DNA of 63,652 nt, the filler included, from Basidiobolus ranarum (Eukaryota), in assembly GCA_040143965.1 (NCBI GenBank). It is 23 parts of 23 records of this genome, joined end to end, with 100 filler letters (N's around TTAATTAATTAA, not from the genome) between each part and the next. Parts side by side here need not be neighbours in the genome. Positions count along the whole stretch, not along the records: positions 1 to 2,686 come from JASJQH010003071.1; positions 2,787 to 5,470 come from JASJQH010003072.1; positions 5,571 to 8,253 come from JASJQH010003073.1; positions 8,354 to 11,035 come from JASJQH010003074.1; positions 11,136 to 13,816 come from JASJQH010003075.1; 18 more parts are not named here. One strand, given 5' to 3'. A program made the position numbers and the translations under genes. How positions within the stretch are numbered: the first letter of the stretch is position 1; each line of letters opens with the position of its first letter. Under the pieces are notes generated by a model, which worked only from the letters and a program-made list of their open reading frames with translations, did no database searches and was not told where the DNA came from. Below, one piece after another: positions 1 through 12,370 of this stretch.

Positions 1-2560
1 TATGTGTGTATGGTTTGGGACTGAATGAAATCCTGTATGAGAATACATGTAGGGAGCATCATGTAGCTATAGCTCCAGAACAGCATTCAGAAGGCTTTTA
101 TCATTGTTGAGCAACCCCCTAATGGATGACCAGTTGCTTTGGAATGCTGCATCATTTGCAAAATTGCTGTTATAAAGCTTATCATGTTCTATATAGCAAC
201 TATGTAGTTTTGCTTACTATCTCATTCACATTGCTACTATATTCTGCCTGATATTCCCTTGTTGTGTTAATTGTATCTAAATTGTCTATTGACAGGTGCT
301 GAACAGTTGACAAGTTGGCTATTTTTAAGCTCATGGTCTTGATGATAATCCAACTAAGCTTTTACTCAGCCATTGGCTTACTGCATAATTGAACTTGCTG
401 CAGGAAGCTGAGCTTGGTTTCATTTAATACTTCTAGATCATTTTTGGCTATGATCAAGTCATCTACATAGAGTGCCAGGATAAGGATCTTATTTCCGGCT
501 TTTTGATATTAATACTGCAATTTGCTGTGCATTTTTGGAATTCCAGTGATTGCAAGTAGGTATCTATCTTGTTATGCCTTATGCTGGGTGCTTGCTTGAG
601 CTCATGTAGCAATTTTTGTAGTTTACAGACCATATCAGGGTATTATGGGTCAACAAATCTATTTGGTTGCTCCATATAGATCTATTCTTCTAAATTTCCA
701 ATCAGAAAGGCTGTTTTTACATCCATTTGATGTAAGTCAAGGTTATGGATTGCTAAATAGGTATCTATCTTATTGTACCATGCCATAGGTGCTTACTTGA
801 GTCCTTATAGCAATTTTTGCAGTTTACAGACTACATCAGAGAGTTTTGGGTCATTAAATCCATCTGGTTGCTCCATACAGATCTCAAGTTCTAGATTTAC
901 ATTCAGAAAAGCTTTTTTGCATCCAATATATGTAGCACATGGCTATGGATAGCGGAGAGTGCCAAGATTGCTCAAATGGAGCTCAACTTGGCCAATTAAG
1001 TAAATGTTATTTTGAAACTACTTTTGAAGTTTGCAAACAACCTTTTGCAAATAATTCTGTTTTATTCCTTTCAGTGGTTCCATCCACTTAGTTTCTGACT
1101 TGGTAGACCCATTGGCAAGCTATTGGCTTCCTACAGATGGTAGAGGACTTAAAACCAGCATTTTATTGTTCTGAAGTGAGGAAAACTGGACAGATATAGT
1201 TTTTTCCCACAATTTTGATTCTGGACACTCCCAAGCTTGATCCAAAGTCTAAGGCCTGTCACAGATTGCAGCCTAGGCAAAGATCTCTTCATTTGAAGTG
1301 TTCCACCAGTTCTCTGGCTATATTCTCCCACTGGATGAACCTCAAGGTAGCACAAATATCAGCACTTAAGTAAATATGGAACATTACTATTAAACAGTCT
1401 GTAGGCCACAGATCCATAACAGTATCCAAGAAATATGCATTTACTGCTTTTGGGTTCCAATTTAGAGCATTTTTGAGCTGTAATTAGGCATTGTCCTGTG
1501 CAACCAAAGATCCTGAGATGATCCTCATTTGGTTTTGATGCGTATAAGGCTTCAAATGAAGTCAAACTTGGTAACAATCATGTTGGACATCTGTTTTAGT
1601 TACCAACTGCAGTGGAGACAGATTCAGCCCAATATTGGTAAACTAACTTTTGATCTTGTATCATTGCCCTTGCCATCCCTTTATGGTCCAATTAGTTGTT
1701 CTGTAACCTCATTTTTCTGTGGAGCATAAGGTACAGTAGCTTGTAGCGTAATTCCATGTATAGAGCAAAAACTAGCTGAGTCTTTTGAGCTGTATTTCCA
1801 CCATTTGTATTGCTTAATATGATTCCTTAATCCTGATTCTTCCTGTACCATTGCTTTGTAGAGCTTGATTGTAGTTAAGGCAGTTTTAGCCAGGTTTGCA
1901 TGCTCAGAATGCAATATGTTGATTACTAGTGTGTTTTTGTTCAAAGTTTTGATCTCAGTAGCTAATTTAGAGTTATTTGATATATGTGTTAATGCATCTA
2001 GTCTTGCAGACCACAAAATTTAGTCCTTGAGCTGTTGATTGGCTTACTGAGACTAGATTTCTAGCTATATTTGGTACTTGGAGTACATCATCCAATTTGG
2101 CAGGTGTGGCAGAATTTTGGTCTAAAAAGTGCTCAAATGTGCCCTTACCAAGTGCATGAAGTGCATAATTATCTCCAAAAAAGACTTTCCCTATTTGAAT
2201 GGGTTTTAAGCCTGAAAATCAATGTTTCAGGTTTGATATCTACTGGAAAGCTCCTGAATCAAAGTACTCCATTTCTGAGTCTTCTTTTGTGGTTACTGAT
2301 GGGGCAGACACAAATATATGATCCCTATCAGTGTTCACTTGATTGGCAAGATCCAATTTTAGCATTTTAGCATGAATCTGTCACCTGAAATCTTTGATTA
2401 AATGTTTTTCTTTTCTGCAAAACTTGCACGTGATTGATTTCATATGAGAGGCACTATTAGTGAAGCCTGTTAAATGTATTGCAGCTCCAAAAAATGCCTG
2501 ATCTGCATTATTTTGCCAAAAATTAGATCACCTTAATTCCTGATTCAAAAGCATAGCACC
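1..2560 (-). mobile_element. Degenerate Ty1/copia pol (integrase and RT fragments, partly duplicated/nested)
   Basis: Remnants 'HLRIFGC..SKLEPKSSKCIFLGY', 'HGI..ATVPYAPQKN'; RT-like 'QMDVKTAFL', 'LYVDDL'; many stops and frameshifts. Confidence 0.85.
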
Positions 2561-2567
2561 AACATAA

Positions 2568-2686
2568 GACTTGTTCCATTTTATTGAGCCAGATCAGGCC
2601 AGCTAAAAAGTGTGCCAGCACAAATTGGCATGATTGGGCACTATCCAGCACAATGTTATTTACTGTTTTGGAAACAGTTTATTTTA
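2568..2686 (+). repeat. Terminus of a GACTTGTT-ended repeat (putative DNA transposon end); other copies 16177-16290 (+) and 19474-19582 (-); opposite-type ends near 6333-6440, 20260-20400 and 27798-27902
   Basis: About 120 nt near-identical among copies; boundary at GACTTGTT/AACAAGTC; recurring GGCACTATC/GATAGTGCC sub-terminal motif. Confidence 0.6.
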
Positions 2687-2786
2687 NNNNNNNNNNNNNN
2701 NNNNNNNNNNNNNNNNNNNNNNNNNNNNNNTTAATTAATTAANNNNNNNNNNNNNNNNNNNNNNNNNNNNNNNNNNNNNNNNNNNN
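2687..2786. other. Artificial contig spacer N44-TTAATTAATTAA-N44 (22 copies, starting at 2687, 5471, 8254, 11036, 13817, 16597, 19374, 22149, 24924, 27698, 30470, 33242, 36013, 38784, 41554, 44322, 47088, 49854, 52619, 55380, 58140, 60897)
   Basis: Identical 100-nt unit with stops in all six frames; contig lengths fall steadily from 2686 to 2656 nt. Confidence 0.99.
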
Positions 2787-4700
2787 TGGCAACTGTTGCT
2801 TGCCACAGACCTGGTACAAGTGGAAAACACTTGTCAATCATATGACTTATAATCCTTCAGTAATTAAACTGCCTTCATGTCAAAATGGTTGTTTGGCTTT
2901 CACCAGTGATCTGAAAAACCTGAAGTCATGTACTGTTTGCACACAATTGGCAATCACTGAATCAGGTAAATATTGTTCCTATTTGGCTTACGTACTGTTG
3001 ATTCCCCGTCTTAAAGTTTTGATGAAATCACCCAAATATAGATCATTGATCCAATACCAAAGTACTCACCATAAAGCAGATGTATTACCAATATACTTGA
3101 TGGATATCACTACCAGAATCTGAAAAGTCAGGGTTTCTTTGAGAACATGTATGATCATGCATTTGCATTGGCTCTGGATGGTTTCTCACTAAACAAATAT
3201 ATCATTGGAAAGGCTTGCTGGCCAATAATTTTAATCAACTTAAATCTTCCTCCTTCTCAATGGTATAAGAGTCATAATATTTTGATACTATCCATCATAT
3301 CTGGACCTAAATCACCAGTGCTTATAGATAGTGTTTTGAAGCCTTTGATTGCCGAATTTGAACGGTTATCTAATGGGGTTCAGATGGGTGAATATTCTAC
3401 TATAATCATCCAAATACAACACTAAACTTCATGATTTTACTGTTGAGAGCCTGGTCAGATTTCAATATGATCACTGATATCAATTCACCAAAGAGTCAGT
3501 CTAACATCAAACTTGGTATTAGCCGTAAGCCTACAATTATATTGATAAAGGGGATCAGCTGGAGTCAGAGCTTCCCATTAGGCACTATGCACTTACTATT
3601 CAACAATATTTCAATACTACTGACTCAGCTGTATAGTTGAAAATTCAATATGAATGGGCCATTTAAGAGAGGATCAAAGTTTGAATCAACTGGGAAAATG
3701 CTTGAAAATGTCAAGATACCATCATATTTTACAAGGACTCCCATCAATATCCACTCATCTAGGTGTTTATTCAAATGCAAAGACTGGGAGTATTGGATTT
3801 GTATATATTCAAGTGGAATCTTGAAAAGATCTCCACCTGATAAGTATTGGCATCAATGGGAGTTGTTTGTGGATAATGTTATTGTATTCTTACAGCATCA
3901 ACTCTCATTGGCAGATCTTGGGCAGATACAGTGACTGTGCAAAAATATTTTATAATTGGATTGGAAAAACTTTATTACAGGTTTAAAGAAGATAGACCCA
4001 ATGTATGCTGGTATTCAATACATTCCTGGCTGCATCTTTCCCAATGCTTAGAGATTATAGGCCCTTGCTATACATTCTGGTAGTTCCAAATGAAGTGCAC
4101 CTGTGGTGAAATGATGCTCTGCATAAATTGTTGGTATTACTCTATGCTGGTGAGATAGACGGAGATATGCAGCATTATTGTTTCAGCCATGGGGTAATCT
4201 ATTCAAGCAATGATACCTCTACTTATGGCAGGACATCTGTTGACTGTAAGTTGAGGATATACTGGCTGAATTCTTTATGGAAATTTCCCAAAATCAAAGA
4301 GCTTATTCTCATTGTGAATGGTAACAAGAGTCAGCTATTTGCCAAGTGTCAGTGCTATTCAAATTTCAGATGCTTAGCAATTTTTCCACCATTAGTTTGC
4401 TAGTAAAGCATATTGATGTTGTTGAGTTATGGCAAATCAGTTGAGTATGTGCATCTGTAGAGACTAAAAACAACAAGATTCTTGTATTTTTTGATTCTCA
4501 TTATGGCTGGAATACAAAGCCTAGAATATCTCAATAAAGGCATGCATATTGATTCAAATTCCTACTGCAGTAAACCCAGTAATTTGCCATTGGAAAATTA
4601 TATTTAAGAAACTGCCATCACACCATCAAAATCCCTGGCAGAATGCAAGCCACCAATATTGTGACAGTTCTCTGACAGTTTTGCCCTTTTGGAGGGTGTA
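2787..4700 (+). mobile_element. Degenerate CACTA/EnSpm-like Tnp2 (Transposase_21-type) transposase
   Basis: 'C.NGCLAF..C..C', 'LALDGFS...WPIILINLNLPP..YK..NI.ILSIISGPKSP..DSVLKPL..E...L..GV', 'MHLLF.N', 'FK.KDW..W'; broken frames. Confidence 0.75.
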
Positions 4701-4731
4701 TCCAATCTGAATTAAGTCGATTTTAGTTTTG

Positions 4732-5470
4732 TTAGGGTAGTGCTGCTCCTGGAGTGAAGTCAGATTTGTCAGTTTCTATAATAAATGGCTTGTCTAGCTT
4801 GAGGTGTGCCAGGATTGGTACTGAGGTAAAAGCATTCATTAAAGTCACAAATGCTTGTTGGCAACATGGGTTCCAGTCAAATGGGAGTTCTTTCTTTGTA
4901 AGATTTGTTAATAGAGCAGATATTTTGGAGTAGTTCCTGACAAACCTTTGATAAAATTTGCAAATCCAAGGAAAGATTAGACATCCTTCACATTCTTGGG
5001 AATATCCCAAGACAGAGCAGATTCATCCTTCTTAAGGTCCATGGATATGCCTGATGTGCAGATGTTATATTCAAGGAATTCAACTTGAGCTTGATCAAAT
5101 TCACATTTCTCAAGTTTAGCATAGAGACCAGAGGTTTTTATCTTTTCTAGGACTTGGGATACATGAATATCGTGTTTTTCTTGACAGCTTGAGAAGACCA
5201 AAATATTGTCAAGGTTGATTGCCACAAATTGATCAAGTTACTCTCAAGATATCCTTTATCATGAGTTGAAGGACTGCAGGGGTATTGGTAAGTCCAAATG
5301 GCATGACGTTGTATTCAAAGTGACCATAGTAAGTTTGAAAGGCAGTTTTCCATTGGTGTCCTGGCTAGAGTTTTACAAGATTGTAAGCACCTCTTAAATC
5401 AATCTTTGTAAATACCTTGCCCAAAGCAAGCTGCTCCAAGAGTGATTTGATTATTGGCAAGGGGACCAAC
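4732..5470 (-). mobile_element. Degenerate Ty3/gypsy RT-RNase H fragment
   Basis: 'FYQRFVRNYSKI..LTNLTKK..FDW', 'FIIETD.SD', 'LYAKLEKCEF', 'MPFGLTN'. Confidence 0.9.
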
Positions 5471-5570
5471 NNNNNNNNNNNNNNNNNNNNNNNNNNNNNN
5501 NNNNNNNNNNNNNNTTAATTAATTAANNNNNNNNNNNNNNNNNNNNNNNNNNNNNNNNNNNNNNNNNNNN

Positions 5571-7920
5571 GCTCAAAACAATGCAAAGCCCTTGAGCACA
5601 TTGAAAAGAGCACTGTGTTGGAAGGTTAATGTAGTCTGGAGTCTCCTTAACCCATTGCATTACATCCATCACTGATTTTGCTGATACATTGTTAATCAGA
5701 TTAGCACATGGTAATACTGACAATTTTGCATGGAGCATCATTTCACCACAGGTATACTTCATTGAGAACTCCCAGAATGTATAGCAAGGGCCTATTTTCT
5801 TTAAGCATTATGAAAGATGCAGCAGGGAATGTATTGAATACTGTCATAGATTTAGTCTATCTTTTTTAAACCTGTAATAAGGTTCTTTGTATCCAACCAC
5901 AAAATCTTTGCACAGTTGCTATATCTGCCTGAGATTTGCCAATGTAAGTTGATGCCATTAGAATATACTAATAATATCCACAAATAACTCCCAAAGTTGT
6001 TAGTACTTTTCAGGTAGAGATCTTTTCAAGATTTCACTTGAACATGTATAAATTCAATATTGCCAGCCTTTGCATTTAAATAAATGTCTAAATGAGTGGA
6101 TATTGCTGGGAGTCCAGGTAAAATATAATGGTATCTCAACGTTTTCAAGTGTTTTCCCAATCAATTCAAACTCTCATCCTATCTTGTATGGCTCATTCAG
6201 ATTAAAAATTCCACTATACAGCTGAATAAGTAGTATTGGAATGTTATTGAATAGTAAGTGCATAGTGCCATTGTGACAGGATTTATTGGGCCTTGGTTCA
6301 ATATATCAGAGCAATTGTGATTGAAATTGATCATGCCAGAGGGTGCTGGATAGTGCCAAATTGTGCCACATAAATTTTAGAACAATTTATTAAATATGAC
6401 ATATACAGCACAATCTGGGACTATCAGTGGAAACAAGTGCATTAATTGAATTGATATCAGTGAGCATGTTGAAATCTTACCTGGCTCTTGATGGTAAGAT
6501 CATAGAGTTAAGAGTTGTATTTGGATAGTAGTTATATATATGCCTGGTAGAGTAAACACCATTGTTCTGACAGAATCTATAGCAAGATAGTGCATTGTGC
6601 TTGCAAAAACCTCCAAGTTTACTGATGGCAGGGGTGTCTGGTGATTTAGGTCCAGATGTCATTGATAGTATCAGAAAATTATGAATATTATACTGTTCAC
6701 AAGAAGAGAGATTTAGGTTGATTAAGACTATTAGCTAGCAAGCCTCTCTAATGGCATATCTGTTTGGTGAGAAACCATCCAGAGCCAATGTAAATGCATG
6801 ATCATCTGTGTTCTCAAAGAAACCTTGACTTTTCAGATTCTGGCAGTGATATCCTTCAAGTATATGGGTAATACCATCAGATTTATGGTGAGTACTCTGG
6901 TACTGGATCCATGATCTATATATGGGTTATTTCATCAAAACTTTAAGATGAGGAATCAATGGTATAAATGCCAAATTTGAATAGTACTTGTCTGATTCAG
7001 CAATTGCCAATTGTGTGTAAATAGTGCTTGAGTTCAGGTTTTTTAGATCAATGGTGAAAGTCAAACAACCATTTGAACATCAAGGTAGTTTATTACCCAA
7101 GGATTAGGAGTAATATTAATGACTAGTGTTTTCCACTTATCACAGGTCTGTGGCAAGCAACAGCTGCCAATCAACTAGGGTAAAAGTGTAAGAAAACCAT
7201 TAAGCTTCTGGTTGCTAAGATTGAATTGAACTTACATTCCTCAATGATCTAAGCTGCTTCCTAAACTGTAGATATTATGAGTGGGCTAATAATTGCCAAT
7301 ATTAAAGAGTCCATGACAATACCATTGTCTTCTTCATATTCTTGTGATCTACTGCCATCAGTACTGGAATAATTGAGGCCAACATTGAACAGCATATCCT
7401 CAAAGTTTTCTGGGCTTGCTGGTTTGACCAAACTTGCAGTTTCACCTACATGATTCTGGTCATATATCTGTGGTAACTCCAAGATATCTTGACTTTCAGC
7501 TGTTTTATCAAAACTTTGAGGTAAAGCAAAGCCAATGGACTCAATAGGCAAAATTAAAGTTGTTTTTGTGCACCTCTTACTATTGATATTCAACAGGCTT
7601 TGTACAGCTGGTGGCTTTGTACAGTACCATGACTGTGCTTATTTTTCCATAAAGCCTCTGGCTTGTAAAGCACAAGAATTTGTGACAATTTTAGGCAGGC
7701 TTCTTGGAACATTTGTGCTGTGGCATGAGAAGGATAGTGAAGAGAAAAGACCAACCACTATGTAAGGGTGGTACTTTGAGTACATCCCATAAATATCATC
7801 AGCTGATACTGAGATGGTGGCATAGATGATTACTCAGGTAATTTGCAAGATATTTCTGGTAAAGGATGGCAATTTTGGTTTATTATAAGTTGTTTCTGAG
7901 CAATTTAATGACACCAAGAT
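5571..7920 (-). mobile_element. Second degenerate CACTA/Tnp2-like copy including the long N-terminal region
   Basis: Reverse-complement homology to 2787-4140; 'SGPKSP..D.PAISKLGGFCKHNA..CYRFC' motif; N-terminal part homologous to 41654-42200 and 58880-59640. Confidence 0.75.
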
Positions 7921-7996
7921 TTAGACATTCTCAGAAGTTACAGGATGGAGAATTATAAGCCAGTAGCAACTCCTATGGATCCAGGTGTGATACTTA

Positions 7997-8253
7997 TTGG
8001 GAAAATATGGGCTGTTTGGAGGAACTTTAGAAAAGTGGAGTTGTGAATAGCTCTGTGAGATAATTGTTTATTGTCCAGAAATAAAGCATTTATACTTTTT
8101 TGGTGGAAATACAGAAAACTAACACTGGGGTTGTGTTCACAACATCTGTGGGAGTAAAATGAGCTATCTTTGGGGCAATTTGGATGAGTTTGAAATTTCC
8201 AATATGGAATTCTTAATTCTCACATTATTCACATATATATATATATAATATAT
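7997..8253 (-). repeat. Copia LTR family B (partial); other copies 47188-47300, 48741-49119, 52305-52618 (opposite strand), 57533-57909
   Basis: Repeated block of about 380 nt with TGTTG...CAACA ends; polypurine tract and RNase H end abut it at 57910-58139. Confidence 0.8.
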
Positions 8254-8353
8254 NNNNNNNNNNNNNNNNNNNNNNNNNNNNNNNNNNNNNNNNNNNNTTA
8301 ATTAATTAANNNNNNNNNNNNNNNNNNNNNNNNNNNNNNNNNNNNNNNNNNNN

Positions 8354-9060
8354 ACCAGGGCTGAATATGATTCAGGGAGACCATTAATTATGGTAAGAAT
8401 TATATCCATTTCAGGTACTTCATAATTCTTTGATTCCAGCTATTGAGCAAGTTTCTTGATACTATTTACATATGTCATAATATCTGAATTCTCAGACATA
8501 TGAGAGTTCAAGAATTTTCTTTATAGCATCATCAAGTGAGCAAGCCCTTTTTGCTTATGATGTTCCACTAGGATTTCCCATGCATTCTTGGCAGAGTCAT
8601 CATCTCTGACTAATATATGTTGTTGTGATCCCAGTCTTAGACATATTTCCCTAAATGCCAATCTGTCTTTTTCTTTGAAGGTTGCCCTGGCTTCTTTGTT
8701 TAAGTGTCAGAATTTGTACTTTCTTCTTCAGAAGTTTCTTCTTTTTCATCTGGTTAAACTACTTCCCAGGCATGTTTCCCTTCAAGCACAAGTTGCATCT
8801 TGGATTTCCAATCATGGAAATCTTCCCCATTGAATGTTGGAATATTAGTAATCTCCTTTTGGGAAGAAGACTCTAATTCACTTGCTGCTACCATGTTGGA
8901 GAATCTTGACATAATGGGGGTAAACTTTGTATATTAGAAGCAACTTATGATAGTGTGCTTTAGTTACTTTATTCTTCAGAGTATATGGTGGCTTCTATAG
9001 TAGAAAAGTAAAACAATTGTTTGAGAAATTTAGGAGTTTGTATAATAAGATATATGATGT
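8354..9060 (-). mobile_element. Copia gag fragment with tRNA-iMet PBS (8883-8893) and 5' LTR remnant
   Basis: Minus strand reads ...CCAACA|TGGTAGCAGC; gag-like text 'W.SKM.L.L', 'AKNAWEIL..H', 'RKFL...MSE.SD'. Confidence 0.7.
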
Positions 9061-9569
9061 ATTACTCATGAACATTTCTGATGCCAAACTCTCGATTTTT
9101 TGAAGTATTTCTTAGCTTTTTATCCAAGTTCACATATTAAGGGAAATATCTAAAAACTGGATTATAAAAAGTGACGACATGATGAATAGAAGTGAGAACT
9201 CCATACATTCAACTCTGGGATCTAAATTGCGAAATTTCCGCAGAACACTGTTCAGCCTGAGAGTACGCTGAAAGATATAGCTGTAGTGGCGTCATGGGCA
9301 GAGTTGGCTTTCAACTAGCTGTAAGAGCTCCAGAATGAGAGGGTATGTGATGAAATGACTACATATCGGGTCACCTTAGCTTACAGGCAACTATTGCAAG
9401 GTGAAGGCAGATCTCTTAAAGTATTTTGCTGTTAGTTACATATGTTGTCGAGGTTAAGCCATCCCGATACCTGTCTTACTCTATTGATTGCCTGGGGATA
9501 GAAATATCAAACTGATCAACTTTTCTGGATGGTGTCTCCGAGCCCCAGCAGTATAACCTGAGATGCTAA

Positions 9570-10497
9570 TTATGCAAGGTCTCGTATCCAATACTTTATG
9601 TATGATCTCTGCCGCCCTTTGACTAACAGAATTGGTACACTCGGAATATTACCTTGAAATTTTCCGGACTGGGATTCATATGATATAAGGTTCCGGTCAA
9701 TAAAATTGCCAGAATACTCCGATGCAAATTGTAACTCTGATCTAATATTGGCTACCTCTACAATCTTCAAAGCAACGGATGGACTCATGTCAAAGAGAAG
9801 CAGACGAGCTGTTAATCGCTCTACTATAACAGCGGGATTCCTCAGACTAATCAGACAAGACATCAACTGTCTTGTCAATACATTAGCTTAGGATTCCTTC
9901 TTTAAGAATAGGAATATAAAATTGATGCGGGATGCTTGTGTCTCGTCTTTGAATACCACGCTGTTTCTATATCCGTAATTCAGCAACTAGCCATTAGTGA
10001 AACTGTGGTAGGCCTCAAGTTTTTAGTCCCAAGCTCGATCCTCATAAGACGCAAGACCTATTCGTATCCCATATTGAGTATATACTGGCATTATTTTATT
10101 GACCATGTCAATTGTGAACATCCACGTGGACCGACATCCATGAAACACTGAGTGATAGTATCCAAGATATCTGGGTTGAATGTTAGACTCAGAATTCATT
10201 CAAGTAAATTGGAGTTGGTACATTGAATATGGTTTTCATTGGAGACCCAAAAATCATCCCAATCTTAGTTAGTCGAACATGTTAATTTGTATCTTTTGGG
10301 TAGATAGCAAGTTGTGGATCATGAATTGTCCATATGAATTTCGTGCCAAGAGTGAAATCCACATGAACTTTCAAGTCGCAGCAGTCACTCGATTTGTTTA
10401 GTTTGACGGATGATCGGAGAATTGGGTTTGCCAAGAAATCTATTGTTGCCCAGAATTCACTGGTAGATTCTAATGATGTTGGATATAATTCAAACAT
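9570..10497 (-). pseudogene. Multi-exon Ldb17/Dip1/SPIN90-like gene (apparently frameshifted)
   Basis: Manual splicing gives MFELYPTSLESTSEFWATID...FTL|DWDDFW..., 'SLMAS/LNYGYRNSVVF', 'RLTARLLLFDMS', resembling fungal Ldb17 blocks; branch sites CTAAC..AG; retains CpG. Confidence 0.4.
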
Positions 10498-10705
10498 CGA
10501 TATTTATTTTAGCATTCTACTATTGAGTATATTGAACTTGTAAGATCAACCTTGACTTCCCTTACCCCTTCTATCCATAAAATTGCTCGTTTATCATCCT
10601 ACCGCTCTCTTTATAGTCCTCTTTAAGACAATAGATTCCATAACCTTCCCCCTCCTCTCTAAATACCACTTGCGAGTTAACTTTATTAAATAGTCATTCA
10701 AAAGC

Positions 10706-10959
10706 ATGCATCGTTTCTTCGGTTCCAACAAAAAGAAAGAAAAGCCAACGTTAACTGGTGCCATCACAACGGTTATTAATTTTCTTGTGACTTCTTATGG
10801 TCATTGACTTTATTCATAAACAACTATTGTTAACACCTCTCATAAATTAAATAGGCAGATCAGCGAGTTGGTTCTATTGATGGTAAGATAAAGGCATTAG
10901 ATATTGAACTAGCAAAATATCGGGACCAAATGAAAGTCATGCGGGAAGGACCAGCTAAA
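10706..10959 (+). CDS. VPS60: ESCRT-III Vps60/CHMP5, first two exons (10706-10771, 10855-10959), cut by contig end
   Basis: [57 protein letters not shown] matches the CHMP5 N-terminus; GT..AG intron. Confidence 0.92.
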
Positions 10960-11970
10960 GTAAATCCCTCTTGTTTAGAACGTGGTAAATCTACTTCTCT
11001 TCTAACTCAATTTCTTGCTTTGTTTTGTAAAATAANNNNNNNNNNNNNNNNNNNNNNNNNNNNNNNNNNNNNNNNNNNNTTAATTAATTAANNNNNNNNN
11101 NNNNNNNNNNNNNNNNNNNNNNNNNNNNNNNNNNNTCCCCCGCTATTATCGGAGATTTATATTTGTTTACTTATAAAACCTAGATAAAATGAATGTCACG
11201 CACACTCACATATAAAGTTAGCTATAGAGTTAAGTATTCTAGAATAATAACTGAGAGTGCGTGGAGAGCAATAAAGTGGGGTAGCCAAGGTCTCAGTTCT
11301 GCAACTATTTAGATTTCACAAAACTCGCAATTCATTTTTGCCATGAATGTTGCTTTACTCACATACCCAGTTTTGTGTTTATTACTTCTTTCTTCGGTCA
11401 TGTAGCATGCCCATACAGTGCTGAATAACGGACCTTTAGTATTTCCATTAGTATTCATCCAGGCATGATAAAATCGCCCACTGCTGCTTTGCTAACATTC
11501 TTATCGTTTATATCTTTATTTCGCTTACACAAGCCGCTTTGTACTCAGCCCCAACAAATTTCGAGTCGATCAAAACACTACGTATCCATTACTACTCCAA
11601 TCATCTAGCTGATGAGCTCCAGATAGCTCCAACTATTTTATTAATCTCTGCTGCATTTCTTGCTCTTACTTTGAATCGTTGTTTAGGTAAGCAGCTACTG
11701 CATGTAATTGACTCGTTTGGTATACCAAAGAAAAGAAGTAGAGCTTAGTACGCTTGAAGCAACAACGGTTGGCTTGTAATTTTGTGTATTTACGGGTTCG
11801 TTAAAAATATCCTCTTCTAAGTAGTGAGAAATAACTGCTAACTTCATATGTTATGATTGGTTTCTAATGTAATAAAGGAATATCGGTAATTGCTCAGTAA
11901 GTAAGAATTAACTCGAAGTAGGTGTCAAGGAATCAACAACACTATATACACCTAAAATAACAAATATTAA

Positions 11971-12025
11971 GATGATGAGCGGGATTCGAACCCACACCTT
12001 CAAAGAGACTGAACGTAGCATCTTG
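11971..12025 (-). pseudogene. 3' half of an intron-containing tRNA-Leu(CAA)-like gene; 5' half absent
   Basis: Minus strand CAAG-atgctacg-TTCAGTCTCTTTGAAGGTGTGGGTTCGAATCCCGCTCATCATC gives a variable arm, T-loop/B-box and acceptor strand; no D-arm upstream. Confidence 0.6.
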
Positions 12026-12181
12026 GAGTTACTATGAATATGAAAAAGAATTATAATATAAATATGAAATAGAAATTAATACTATCCTGGAAATCACTAT
12101 AAACGACGTAATTTACAGGATGGTCAAATCAGTAAACTGCTAGATATAAAAGGAAGTGTAGATCACACTGCAAAAATAGCA

Positions 12182-12258
12182 AGAATATGCTAGAATCTAG
12201 GAGAATTTTCGGGATCTTGTTGGCAATCACCATCGAATCAATCAAACGAACTATAAAA
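12182..12258 (+). promoter_or_regulatory. Heat-shock element array and TATA box of Hsp70
   Basis: AGAAT-ATGCT-AGAAT-CTAGG-AGAAT-TTTCG (nGAAn every 10 bp); TATAAAA at 12252. Confidence 0.75.
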
Positions 12259-12370
12259 TGAGGGAATTTATGATCTCAAGAATTCAATTAATTCATTTCC
12301 TAGAATACGCTTAAATACGCCTATATATATCCTATATACCACACCACATATACTATACAGTTTGTAATAA

